From positions 36,417-100,416 of the forward strand of contig JBBSYD010000032.1 in the NCBI GenBank assembly GCA_038045425.1: DNA of 64,000 bases, in the 5' to 3' direction. Both the position numbers and the translations under genes were made by a program. The notes beneath the pieces are model-generated. The model searched no databases and was not told the DNA's origin. It saw only the letters and a list, made by a program, of their open reading frames with translations. The stretch is from Nanobdellota archaeon. GTDB lineage: Archaea; Nanobdellota; Nanobdellia; Pacearchaeales; GW2011-AR1. Below are positions 18,167-27,353 of this stretch, in pieces. Positions within the stretch are counted from its first letter, which is position 1; the number at the start of each line of letters is the position of its first letter.

Positions 18167-19232
18167 ATGGAGAACACAAATAAACCGAGTAAGATTGTAG
18201 ATATAATCTGGAATATGAGTCTTGTGTGCCCATGGGATTGCAGTAACTGTTGCGTTGATGCGGTAAATGTAGTTTTTAATCAAAATAGAATAGTTTTAAG
18301 ATCGAATAATCTACAAGAAACTGAACATATATCTCAAAAAAAAAGGACAATCTCCCTTTGATCAGGTAACGAACCTCAGACAGTCGCGTGGAGAAGAACT
18401 CTCTTTTGAAGATAAATTACGAATATTGGAAAATTTAGAGGGTTTTGATGTTCGAATAAATTTTTCAGGAGGAGACCCCCTGGTAGTAAAAGAGAATATG
18501 AGGATAATCCGAAGGGCAACACAATATTTTGGAAAGGATAATCTTTCAATAAGCACAACTGGATATGGGCTATCATTTTATGATCCTAGTTCTATTATTC
18601 CTTTTGTTGGAAGAGTAAAAACTACTTTTGATGCTCCTTCAGATGTTGAAGTACCATATAGACCTAATGGATATAATAAATCTAATTTGGTACAGGGAAA
18701 AAGGTATGCACGAGCAGGAGCATATGTTGTTGTAGAAATTCCAATATCTAGATTTAATCATAATCCGAATTTGATTGAAAATATGTATTCTGAATTACAT
18801 GAAGCCGGTATCAGTGAAGCATATATTATGAAATCATTTCCAGTAGGAAGATGGGTTAAAGGATCTAATCAAATACTGGCTGATAATGAGTATACCAAAG
18901 CAATTGAGATATATAGAAGGCTAGAAAAGAAGTTTGTGAGTCCTAAATTATCCATTCAATATGCGTTGCAAGACGAATTAGTAAGTACATCGTTAGAAAA
19001 ATATATTTATAGAGGTTCTTTCGGAATAACCCCTAAAGGTCTTTTACTTACGAATGCTTGGGCCTTGAAAAATTGTGGTGATCCTTTAGGCGATGAGTTT
19101 GTCTTAGGAGATATGAGGTCAAATCGATTAGAAGAAATTCTCAAATCTCAAAGAGCAAGGGATAGTCTAACAGAACAACGAATTAGGCTAGGTCAAAATC
19201 AAGTAATAAAAAGAGAATTCTTAATAGTCTAA
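18167..19232 (+). pseudogene. radical SAM enzyme split by a frameshift in an A9 tract (18336-18344)
   Basis: CPWDCSNC in upstream ORF; FSGGDP and ISTTG in downstream +1 frame; removing one A fuses them (...QKKGQSPFDQ...EELSFEDKLRILEN...). Confidence 0.8.
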
Positions 19233-19342
19233 TTTAGTGCATAAATCACAATTATTTTTCAAGTTTTAATTCTCTCTGCTTTTTTATTTATTCGCAATAT
19301 TTTAATAGAAATTTATTAAATGCAATAGTTTTGTCACAGAGA

Positions 19343-20212
19343 TTAATTTGCCCAGGGAGATTTTTCTTTTATAGTTTCTAGATAAATTGAATTTGGAGGA
19401 TGTTGATTGCAAAGCTGAGTAAATTGTGATTTGATTTCTTGATTGGAATGAACTGAAGATTTTGCATTGGTAAATTGAATGAAACAATCAGGATTCTTTA
19501 GAGCTTGCCTGCCGAGCATTATTCCTTTTATGTTCTTTCTGTTTTCTGGAGAGATAAATTGGATTAGCTTATTTAGGTCTTGAGGTGAAGTTATGCCTCC
19601 GTTAAGGACTAGAGGGAGGTTGTATGAGGCAATTTCATTGAGAAGAGAATAATTGTATTCGCTTCTTGAGGATTCTTGGGCGTGTTTGAAATGAATTGTT
19701 ATATTTGTTAGATTGGGATGAATTTGATGAAGATTTTCTAATTCGCTTAGAATCGTAAAGATTTTTCTCTGTTTTACTTCTAGAGCATTTAATCCTAATC
19801 TTAGTTTTATTCCTATTTTGAATTTGTTTTGTTTGAGAAGAGTTGTAAGCAAAGAGATTACTTTTGTTGAACGTTTGATTAGAGCTGGGCCTTGGCCTAT
19901 GTTTATTAAATTATTTGATGGACAGGAACAATTTAATTGAATTCCGTAGATATTATCTTTTTCAGGATGCTCTTTTAATTCTTGTTCTAGTTTTTCTAGA
20001 AATTTTGAACACTCTGTCTCTTTGGAAGTGGCTATTTGAATCCATTGTCTTTGATTTGGAATAGGATAAGTATCAACTTCGTTCCAGGTATTTTTCCGTT
20101 TTATTAAATTTGTTAGACTTAACATTCCTGTGTATGAATCAGTGGCATTTTGACAGAGAGCACGAAATGCCCAGCAAGTTACATTTTCCATTGATGCGAG
20201 GTGGAGTTCCAT
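19343..20212 (-). CDS. dus: tRNA-dihydrouridine synthase family protein
   Basis: LASMENVT..AFR, LNCSCP, KLRLG, NGGI, GIMLGR motifs. Confidence 0.88.
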   Translation of the reverse strand: MELHLASMENVTCWAFRALCQNATDSYTGMLSLTNLIKRKNTWNEVDTYPIPNQRQWIQIATSKETECSKFLEKLEQELKEHPEKDNIYGIQLNCSCPSNNLINIGQGPALIKRSTKVISLLTTLLKQNKFKIGIKLRLGLNALEVKQRKIFTILSELENLHQIHPNLTNITIHFKHAQESSRSEYNYSLLNEIASYNLPLVLNGGITSPQDLNKLIQFISPENRKNIKGIMLGRQALKNPDCFIQFTNAKSSVHSNQEIKSQFTQLCNQHPPNSIYLETIKEKSPWAN

Positions 20213-20317
20213 AAGAATAGAAATTAATTAGTGTATATATCCCTTTCTAGATAAGTAATAAATTCAAAGGAAATGTTTAAATAGTATATTAATCAATAGT
20301 TAATATATGTTAACTAA

Positions 20318-20917
20318 ATGGAAATATACCTATATAAGATGAAATCAGAATTAAGTGAAGCACAGAAAATTATCCTTAGACTATTCAGAGAACCGTTGAT
20401 TAGATATAATAGTAGAAATATAAGTCAAGAAGTGGGAATAAGTCATGCTGGAGCATTTAAGATATTAAAGAAATTAGCAGATAAGGATATTGTTAATCCT
20501 GAAAGAATAGGAAGAGCTGTTGTTTATACATTGAATAAGGAAAATCCTCTTTCTTTTAGGGAAGTTGAGATGGCATTGACCATTGAAGCTCAAGAACATA
20601 GAATCTGGCTTGAAGAATTTAAAAGTCTTGAAAATAAATCAGAATTTATTATTTTATTTGGTTCTATATTAGTAAATGAAAAAAATGCAAGAGATATAGA
20701 TTTGTTGGTTGTTGCAAATGAAGATAAGTTTAAGGAAATAAAGGATATTCTTAATGAGAGGAATAAAATACTTAACAAAAAAATACATCTTATTCTTCAA
20801 GAGCAGAAAGATTTTATGTTGGACTTAAACAATAAAAAAGGAGTTATTTGGGGTGCTATTAAGAAAGGCATTGTTTTATTTGGACAAGAGAAAATAAGTA
20901 AGATGGTGATAAAATGA
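20318..20917 (+). CDS. HTH plus minimal nucleotidyltransferase (MNT antitoxin-like)
   Basis: ISHAGAFKILKKL HTH; LFGS and DIDLL motifs. Confidence 0.85.
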   Translation: MEIYLYKMKSELSEAQKIILRLFREPLIRYNSRNISQEVGISHAGAFKILKKLADKDIVNPERIGRAVVYTLNKENPLSFREVEMALTIEAQEHRIWLEEFKSLENKSEFIILFGSILVNEKNARDIDLLVVANEDKFKEIKDILNERNKILNKKIHLILQEQKDFMLDLNNKKGVIWGAIKKGIVLFGQEKISKMVIK

Positions 20918-20930
20918 GTCATTGCAAAAA

Positions 20931-20977
20931 TTAAATCTGTCCAGTTTGAGCGAATTTTACCATTGCCTTTTCTAGGA
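20931..20977 (-). repeat. copy of the 3' end of the small gene at 21421-21582
   Basis: 47 bp, 2 mismatches vs 21421-21467; LEKAMVKFAQTGQI* vs ...GQV*. Confidence 0.92.
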
Positions 20978-21064
20978 GTAGTTATAGAGAATTTTGATAA
21001 TCGTTTTATCCTTCCGCAAAATTACCTGCAAAAAGATTTAAATATTCTTGGGAAGCAAAGAATT

Positions 21065-21373
21065 ATGGCAAAGTTATTTTTAACACATGTAGTTTTATCT
21101 GCTCCTGCTGGAACATACTGGACTGATGTTAAGTTTTTAACCCAAGAAGAAGGAAAACCAGGATATCATGTTGGAAGAGAATTAAATGAAACAATTCCTG
21201 AAGAGGAAGTTAGAAAGACTGAAGGAGGAAGAGTTTGGAGATTAGTGGCACCAGTAGAATTAGGTGATAATCAGAATGTATGGTTAGCTCCTAATGAAGA
21301 TAGATATTATGTTTCTGAAAAGGCACCTACTCTTAGATTTGGAGATGAAAAACCTATTCTTGCATTAAGTTAA
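21065..21373 (+). CDS. hypothetical protein
   Basis: Start reassigned to MAKLF after atttaaat TATA box. Confidence 0.7.
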   Translation: MAKLFLTHVVLSAPAGTYWTDVKFLTQEEGKPGYHVGRELNETIPEEEVRKTEGGRVWRLVAPVELGDNQNVWLAPNEDRYYVSEKAPTLRFGDEKPILALS

Positions 21374-21420
21374 TAACCTTCCAATCGTATTTAATTCATT
21401 TATATTTTAGAAACAAATAA

Positions 21421-21582
21421 TTAAACTTGTCCAGTTTGAGCGAATTTTACCATTGCCTTTTCTAGGACAACTTGAGGGGCGTAGCCCATATTACTACATT
21501 TTTTCATGAAGTTATCAAATATTGCTCCATCGACATTGTAGTCAATTCTTTTTTTCTTTGCGCCAGGTGCTGTTGATGCCAT
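21421..21582 (-). CDS. 53-aa ribbon-helix-helix-like protein
   Basis: Manual translation MASTAPGAKKKRIDYNVDGAIFDNFMKKCSNMGYAPQVVLEKAMVKFAQTGQV; TATA upstream. Confidence 0.7.
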   Translation of the reverse strand: MASTAPGAKKKRIDYNVDGAIFDNFMKKCSNMGYAPQVVLEKAMVKFAQTGQV

Positions 21583-21704
21583 AGATGATTGAGTTAAATT
21601 GGGTATTTAAATATGAGGTTATCTCCTTGAATTAAGTAATTTGAATATGATGCCCTTGAAAAGTTGTAGCTTAATTTTAAATATTTTAGGATATAATCTA
21701 ATTA

Positions 21705-21995
21705 ATGACATTAAATAAAAAAGATAGAAGGCATAGTGGACGAGTGACTCCATTATTAAATAAGGGAATTAAAAAGGAACTTTTGATTGAAGAAGGATTG
21801 GAACCGCAGGATTATTGGGATGACTGGAAAGATTATCGTGATGGTTTTAGAGGAGATAAAGACAGAAAGATGATTAGAAATGAAAATGCTCGTTGGACGA
21901 AATATTTTGACGTTAAAAGATGGAATAAAAAATTGAAAGGATTAATCTCTCGAAGAAGAGTAAGAAAGTTGAAAATAAAGTTTCAAAACCCTTAA
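21705..21995 (+). CDS. basic hypothetical protein
   Basis: ORF track; DYWDDWKDYRDGFR. Confidence 0.65.
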   Translation: MTLNKKDRRHSGRVTPLLNKGIKKELLIEEGLEPQDYWDDWKDYRDGFRGDKDRKMIRNENARWTKYFDVKRWNKKLKGLISRRRVRKLKIKFQNP

Positions 21996-22019
21996 AAACT
22001 AGGAGAATATAGTAAAAAT

Positions 22020-22310
22020 ATGAGTGAAGAGATAAATAAAATAAAGCAAAAGATAGTTCCAGTGCTTAGAGCACACAAAGTTAGCAAGGCAGGGATTTTT
22101 GGTAGCTATGCAAGAGGAGAACAAAAAAAGAAGAGTGATGTAGATATTTTAGTTGAGATACCTGATGATAGAAGTCTTTTTGGAGTGATTGAATTAAAAA
22201 TCGCACTTGAAAAAGCGTTAAGAAGAAAAGTAGATTTAGTTGAATATGAATTAATAAGAAAAGAGCTCCGAAAAAATATACTCCATGATGAGATACCTGT
22301 GGAACTATGA
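22020..22310 (+). CDS. MNT antitoxin
   Basis: FGSYARGEQ..SDVDILVE, KVDLV. Confidence 0.92.
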   Translation: MSEEINKIKQKIVPVLRAHKVSKAGIFGSYARGEQKKKSDVDILVEIPDDRSLFGVIELKIALEKALRRKVDLVEYELIRKELRKNILHDEIPVEL

Positions 22311-22642
22311 AAAGAGATTATAGATTATATGTTGATGACATTAGGGCTTGCATTTTGACTATTGAAGATTATTTAAAAGATATTTCAGAAAATGATTTTA
22401 AAAACAATATTGAAAAGCAAGATGCTGTAATTAGAAGAATTGAAATAATTGGAGAAGCAAGTAGAAATATTCCTCGTGCATTAAAGGAAGTAAATCGAGA
22501 TATTCCTTGGGAGATACTTGCTAATTTTAGAAATTATATTGCACATTCGTACTTTGAAACAAGTTTAGATAGGATATGGAAAATTGCAAAGTATGATATT
22601 CCTAAGTTAAAATTGCTATTTAGAAAAATAAGATTAGTCTAG
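22307..22642 (+). CDS. HEPN (DUF86) toxin
   Basis: DAVIRRIEIIGEA, RNYIAHSY (Rx4H), ATGA overlap with MNT. Confidence 0.92.
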   Translation: MKRDYRLYVDDIRACILTIEDYLKDISENDFKNNIEKQDAVIRRIEIIGEASRNIPRALKEVNRDIPWEILANFRNYIAHSYFETSLDRIWKIAKYDIPKLKLLFRKIRLV

Positions 22643-22687
22643 TCTCCTAATAAATAGTTATTTATACTCTAAATAATATCTGTAATT

Positions 22688-22825
22688 ATGAGTAAGCCAA
22701 AAAATAAGTGTATACAATGTGGAAAGACTATCGAAGGAGATATTAGGTGCAATTCTTGCAAGACAAGGAATAAGCATGCTTCGCCTAATCAGATGAGAAG
22801 GACTTTTAAAGGGAAGAAGATTTAG
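22688..22825 (+). CDS. 45-aa zinc-finger microprotein
   Basis: Manual translation MSKPKNKCIQCGKTIEGDIRCNSCKTRNK..., two CxxC; TATA upstream. Confidence 0.6.
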   Translation: MSKPKNKCIQCGKTIEGDIRCNSCKTRNKHASPNQMRRTFKGKKI

Positions 22826-22835
22826 AGAATATTTC

Positions 22836-23873
22836 TTATTTCTTTCTTATATTTATATCTAAATGAGGATAGGGTATTTCTATCTTATTCTTATTGAGTG
22901 CATTGTAAATCTTAGTGTTTGCTTCGTCTATTGAGGGCCATCTGTCATCGTAATGACTTACAAAGAAATATAATTTAAAGTTGAGTGAAGATTCTGCCAT
23001 TTCTATAAATCTAACAACTGGTTCTGGAGATTTACAGACTTTAGAAATTGAGGAAACTTCTCTAAGAATTAGTTTCTTTACTTTTTCTATATTTGAACCA
23101 TAGGCTACTGAAAATGGAATTACTACTCTAGATTTTGGTTCTGGAAGAGAAACGTTTTGAATCTTACTTTCTGCAAGTTTAGTGTTTGGAATTATTATTA
23201 ATTCGTTATCGAATGTTCTGATTTTAGTGCTACGAAAACCTACGGATTCTATGACTCCTTTTGTATCTGCATCTATGTATACTAGGTCTCCTACCCTGAC
23301 TGTTTTATCTAGAATCATAGATACTCCTGAAAAGATATTACTGAGAATTGGTTGAAGAGCTAGTGCAATTGCTAAACCTGCGATGCCTAACCCGGCTAAG
23401 AACGGACCTACTTGAACTCCCCAGAAGTCTAAAATATATAGAATTGAGATAACAATTAAAGCTATTTTGAGAGTATTTTGGATTATGGAAACTAATCCGT
23501 CATCTATCTGAGTCTTTGTTTTAGTTATGAATTTTTTAGTTGCGTTGAATATAATTATGTCAAGTACTAAGAATAGTACATAAGCTAAGTTTAGTATTAT
23601 TAATGTTGAAATAGATTTTGACAATATTAAAGATAAAGGGTCTGAGAGAACAAGTTGTTCTAGAGAGATTCTAAGACTTATGAAAAATAACCAAAAGGTA
23701 AGGGGCCAACGAGATTTATTTATTAATAAATCGTCAAGATTAGTTTTTGTTTTTGATGCTGCTTTTTGGGCTATTAAAAAGAAGATAAATAGGGCAAATC
23801 TGAATATTAATAATGTTCCAACTAAAACTGCTAACGCCCGGAGATATTGATTTGAAATAAATTCTTCTAACAT
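22836..23873 (-). CDS. mscS: small-conductance mechanosensitive channel
   Basis: GLGIAGLAIALALQ, SNIFSG, RVGD, IPN, IEIPYP; start reassigned to MLEEF. Confidence 0.92.
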   Translation of the reverse strand: MLEEFISNQYLRALAVLVGTLLIFRFALFIFFLIAQKAASKTKTNLDDLLINKSRWPLTFWLFFISLRISLEQLVLSDPLSLILSKSISTLIILNLAYVLFLVLDIIIFNATKKFITKTKTQIDDGLVSIIQNTLKIALIVISILYILDFWGVQVGPFLAGLGIAGLAIALALQPILSNIFSGVSMILDKTVRVGDLVYIDADTKGVIESVGFRSTKIRTFDNELIIIPNTKLAESKIQNVSLPEPKSRVVIPFSVAYGSNIEKVKKLILREVSSISKVCKSPEPVVRFIEMAESSLNFKLYFFVSHYDDRWPSIDEANTKIYNALNKNKIEIPYPHLDINIRKK

Positions 23874-23948
23874 GAAGTTATATGTCTTTAGTGAGCTTAA
23901 AAGCTTTTTGAAAGTAAAGTCTAAAAAGGGGGGTTTACTGATAACTGG

Positions 23949-24260
23949 ATGATAACTGTAACCACTATGGATATACCTGGAAAGAAGATTACTAAGACTT
24001 TGGGAATTGTAAAAGGGAATACTGTAAGAACTAGGTGGATAGGAAGTAATATTGTTGCTGGATTGAGAACTCTTATTGGAGGAGAAATACCTGAATATTC
24101 TGATTTGCTTATTCACGCAAGAGAACAGGCACAGGAAAGGATGGAAGCTGAAGCAAAGAAGATGGGTGCTGATGCAGTTGTGAATGTTAGATTTACTATA
24201 TCTGAAGTTCTGGCAAGTGTTATAGAGATTTTGGCGTATGGGACTGCGGTTAAGTTCTAG
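23949..24260 (+). CDS. YbjQ/UPF0145 family protein
   Basis: GGEIPEY, GADAVVNVRF, YGTAVK. Confidence 0.92.
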   Translation: MITVTTMDIPGKKITKTLGIVKGNTVRTRWIGSNIVAGLRTLIGGEIPEYSDLLIHAREQAQERMEAEAKKMGADAVVNVRFTISEVLASVIEILAYGTAVKF

Positions 24261-24299
24261 GATATAAATATTTAAGAATATAAGTTTATCAAGAATTTT

Positions 24300-24689
24300 A
24301 TGAAAGTTTTGTTGGCAGTAAATTATAGTCCTGCAACTGGGGCTTTAAGGGATATGATTAATTTAAATAAAGATACTCCAATTATTTATCCTGCGAGAGA
24401 ATATGATTCTAAATTAATGTATAGAGTTTTGAGAGAACATTCTCCATCAAGAGTTTTAATGGATATTAATTATGGATTACCTGGAAAGGTTAATATTTTT
24501 CCTGTAAGAAACACGGCTAAATTGATGAAACTAATTGGATTAGATATACAAACACAATTACTTGGAATAGGCGAAACAGTTGAGCTTGTTAATTTAGTTA
24601 ATGGAATAGGGATTCCTACAATAAGCAAAAGTATAGAATCCGCTAAAAAAATGTCTGCTTTTTTGAAAGGCGTGATGTTGGTTGTTTAA
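24300..24689 (+). CDS. hypothetical protein, degenerate receiver-like fold
   Basis: VLMDINYGLPG; similar pattern to 44300-44668. Confidence 0.55.
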   Translation: MKVLLAVNYSPATGALRDMINLNKDTPIIYPAREYDSKLMYRVLREHSPSRVLMDINYGLPGKVNIFPVRNTAKLMKLIGLDIQTQLLGIGETVELVNLVNGIGIPTISKSIESAKKMSAFLKGVMLVV

Positions 24690-24694
24690 AGTCC

Positions 24695-25147
24695 TTAATC
24701 CAAATTAACAAATTCTGATTTCATTTGTTTTAATGAAGTTAGAGATGTGGTTTTTGAGAATTTGAATCTTTGAATCCAACCTTTTACGACTGCATAATAT
24801 TCATCTATATCTTTCGTTCTTAATTTCACGAGGAGTTCATAGTCTCCAGTGCAAACATCAATACTTTCAACTTTTGGATCTTTTGCAAGTTCCTTGGCTA
24901 CTGTTTCAGGATTTCCATAGCTGTCTATTGAAACGTTAATGAAAACATATGTGCAGTGTCCTTCTCCAATTTTTTTGTAATCGAAAACTGCCTTATAGGT
25001 TTTTATGGCTCCTTCATTTTCCATTCTCTTAATGTTGTAATGAATTGTGGTTGAAGGTTCTTTGAGCTTCTTAGCGACTTGAGAAATTAATGGAGTACAA
25101 TATCCTTCTTTGAATAGTTCTATCAGTCTTGGTTCAATATCTTTCAT
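24695..25147 (-). CDS. Lrp/AsnC transcriptional regulator
   Basis: STTIHYNIKRMENEGAI, DYKKIG, TGDYEL. Confidence 0.9.
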   Translation of the reverse strand: MKDIEPRLIELFKEGYCTPLISQVAKKLKEPSTTIHYNIKRMENEGAIKTYKAVFDYKKIGEGHCTYVFINVSIDSYGNPETVAKELAKDPKVESIDVCTGDYELLVKLRTKDIDEYYAVVKGWIQRFKFSKTTSLTSLKQMKSEFVNLD

Positions 25148-25240
25148 AATTCGTATAATATTCAACTATTTATATACTTTTTGGTGTTTATTCGTATATT
25201 CTACGATTATAACTATATAGGTAATTTTACTTGGAAATGT

Positions 25241-26266
25241 ATGGAAAATGAAATTAATGACTTGAGAATAAAGATAGATAGCATTGACTCTAAGCTTGTT
25301 AATCTTTTGGATGAAAGATTAGAGATCGCTGTTGCCATCGGAGAAATAAAGAAGAAGATGAAACTTGGAGTGGAACAAAATGGTAGAGAGGATAGAGTAC
25401 TTGAAAGAGCAATGACTGCCAAGCATCCTGAATCAATGGTTTCTATTTTTCAAAATATAATGGATTCATCTAAAGTTGAGCAGGCAAAAATGGCAAAGGC
25501 TGAAAATTTTGATATGAATTTGAATGTTGGCGTAATGGGTTTTGGAATGTTTGGGCAATTTCTTGCTAGAAATATAAAATCAAGATGTAACGTTGAAGTT
25601 TGGGATATTGTTGACAAATCTAGAGAAGCTAAAGAATTGGGTGTTAAATTTGTATCATTTGAAAAGATTGCTAAAAATAAAATTGTAATTCTTGCCATGC
25701 CTATGGAATCTGTTGAGGAAATTTTGGATAAACTAAAGAATAAGCTAGAAAAAGGTACATTGGTTATGGATATTTGTTCTTTGAAGGGGTTTGTTTGTAA
25801 ATTAATGAAAGAAAAATTACCTTCTTCTGTGGATGTTTTGGGTACACATCCCCTATTCGGACCTCAGTCTGCTAAATTTGGGATAAGCGGAGCAAAAATT
25901 GTTCTTTGCCCTGTGAAAATTGGAGAGGAAAGACTTTCAAAAGTTAAAGAATTTTGTGAATCTCTCGGGCTTAATGTATTTTTGGCTTCTCCTGAAGAAC
26001 ATGATAAACAAATGGCTGCATCACAAGCGTTGACTCACTTTGTTGGCCAGGCAATAAATCAGAGTGGAATTAAAAGAGTAGAATGGTCTACAAAAACATT
26101 TGATAGTCTTATGAATATTGCAGATATAATTAGGAAGGATTCTCCAGAAATGGTTCGGAATATTCAAACATTGAATCCATTTGCAAAAGATATGAGAAGA
26201 AAATTCATTGATGAAGTTAAAAAAATTGAGACAGAATTAAATTGTTTAGAAGAAAAACATGAGTAA
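25241..26266 (+). CDS. chorismate mutase / prephenate dehydrogenase fusion
   Basis: LRIKIDSID...LLDER...RE; GFGMFG, DICSLK, HPLFGP, EHDKQMA..QALTH. Confidence 0.9.
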   Translation: MENEINDLRIKIDSIDSKLVNLLDERLEIAVAIGEIKKKMKLGVEQNGREDRVLERAMTAKHPESMVSIFQNIMDSSKVEQAKMAKAENFDMNLNVGVMGFGMFGQFLARNIKSRCNVEVWDIVDKSREAKELGVKFVSFEKIAKNKIVILAMPMESVEEILDKLKNKLEKGTLVMDICSLKGFVCKLMKEKLPSSVDVLGTHPLFGPQSAKFGISGAKIVLCPVKIGEERLSKVKEFCESLGLNVFLASPEEHDKQMAASQALTHFVGQAINQSGIKRVEWSTKTFDSLMNIADIIRKDSPEMVRNIQTLNPFAKDMRRKFIDEVKKIETELNCLEEKHE

Positions 26267-26459
26267 AAGATTGACAAAAATAGTATATTTGAAAATAATT
26301 GATGAGCCTGAAGTTAGTAAAATAGAAGGAGATAAACGAGGATATTCTGATGGAAAAGGATTGGAAAATCAAGTTGTGAAAGGTAATATCTGCAAACATA
26401 TTGAAATTCTTCCCTATGTTCATGGATTTTGCCCGTTCTGTGATTTGAGAGTAGAATAA
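26259..26459 (+). CDS. small hypothetical protein with CxH/CxxC
   Basis: Overlaps upstream stop; CKH...CPFC. Confidence 0.5.
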   Translation: MSKRLTKIVYLKIIDEPEVSKIEGDKRGYSDGKGLENQVVKGNICKHIEILPYVHGFCPFCDLRVE

Positions 26460-26532
26460 TAGAAATTACTCAAACAAAAGGTTTAAAAACAATTTATAGC
26501 TTCGAGAAATAACTAAATAACCTTTTAAAAAG

Positions 26533-26664
26533 ATGGCAAAAGACACCAAAAAAAGGAAAGAAGAAGCAGAAGAGTCTGAAGAAGACTTAGATGTATCTTC
26601 CGACAGCTTTAAGGACCTTGAAGAAGACCTCGAAGAAGAAGAGTCTGAAGACGAAGGCTGGTAA
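26533..26664 (+). CDS. 43-aa highly acidic microprotein
   Basis: Manual translation MAKDTKKRKEEAEESEEDLDVSSDSFKDLEEDLEEEESEDEGW; T-rich tract after stop. Confidence 0.6.
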   Translation: MAKDTKKRKEEAEESEEDLDVSSDSFKDLEEDLEEEESEDEGW

Positions 26665-26739
26665 CGCCTAGTTAAATTTTTATTTTTTAATTAGTTTAGT
26701 AGTTTTAACTTTAGTTTGGAGTTGTTAAAATTATATTAG

Positions 26740-27048
26740 TTAGATGTTTGGATAGTTAGTTATAATTTTAGTTATTTCTGATTGTGGAAGAAGTGCTATT
26801 TCTAATCCTTCAACGCTCCAACCATTGGGAGCGGATTCTCTACTTAGAACTTCTTGAGGATTTACTTTATTTCCAGTTGTTGCATCAAATAGTTGCCTAT
26901 CCGTTCCAATTACTAATAATCGTTCATTGCCTGAAAAATTTTCGTAGTTATAAACTCTAATTGCTCTTCCCGGCCTACATAAACGTTCATTAGCTAAAAC
27001 TTCGCTAAATCCTTCAGGTCCTTTATAAAATGGAGGAGGTTCATACAT
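26740..27048 (-). CDS. hypothetical protein
   Basis: ORF track. Confidence 0.6.
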   Translation of the reverse strand: MYEPPPFYKGPEGFSEVLANERLCRPGRAIRVYNYENFSGNERLLVIGTDRQLFDATTGNKVNPQEVLSRESAPNGWSVEGLEIALLPQSEITKIITNYPNI

Positions 27049-27353
27049 GGAGAATTTATTTAATATAGGTATTTAAGAACTTATATTGCGATTCTTAGTA
27101 TAAAAAACATAAAGAGCGAGATATAATTGGAAGTTATTATCTGATGTTTGATTGAGATAGTTTAATGTGTTAATAATATTTTATTGCGGGAGCATAGGTA
27201 TTATTGAGTTGGATTTTGTATTGAATTGTTATAATTGTGTTAACTTGGATTTATTGTTTAATTTGATTAAATCTAATTATACTCAATTAGGTAATTATGT
27301 TCTGGATAGTTTAGTATAATTATGTTTAAAAGTTGAAATGCAAGAAGAAATGA

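Noticed and set aside
27060..27340. Replication origin near mcm
   Set aside because: AT-rich but no ORB repeats and no cdc6/orc1 gene visible.
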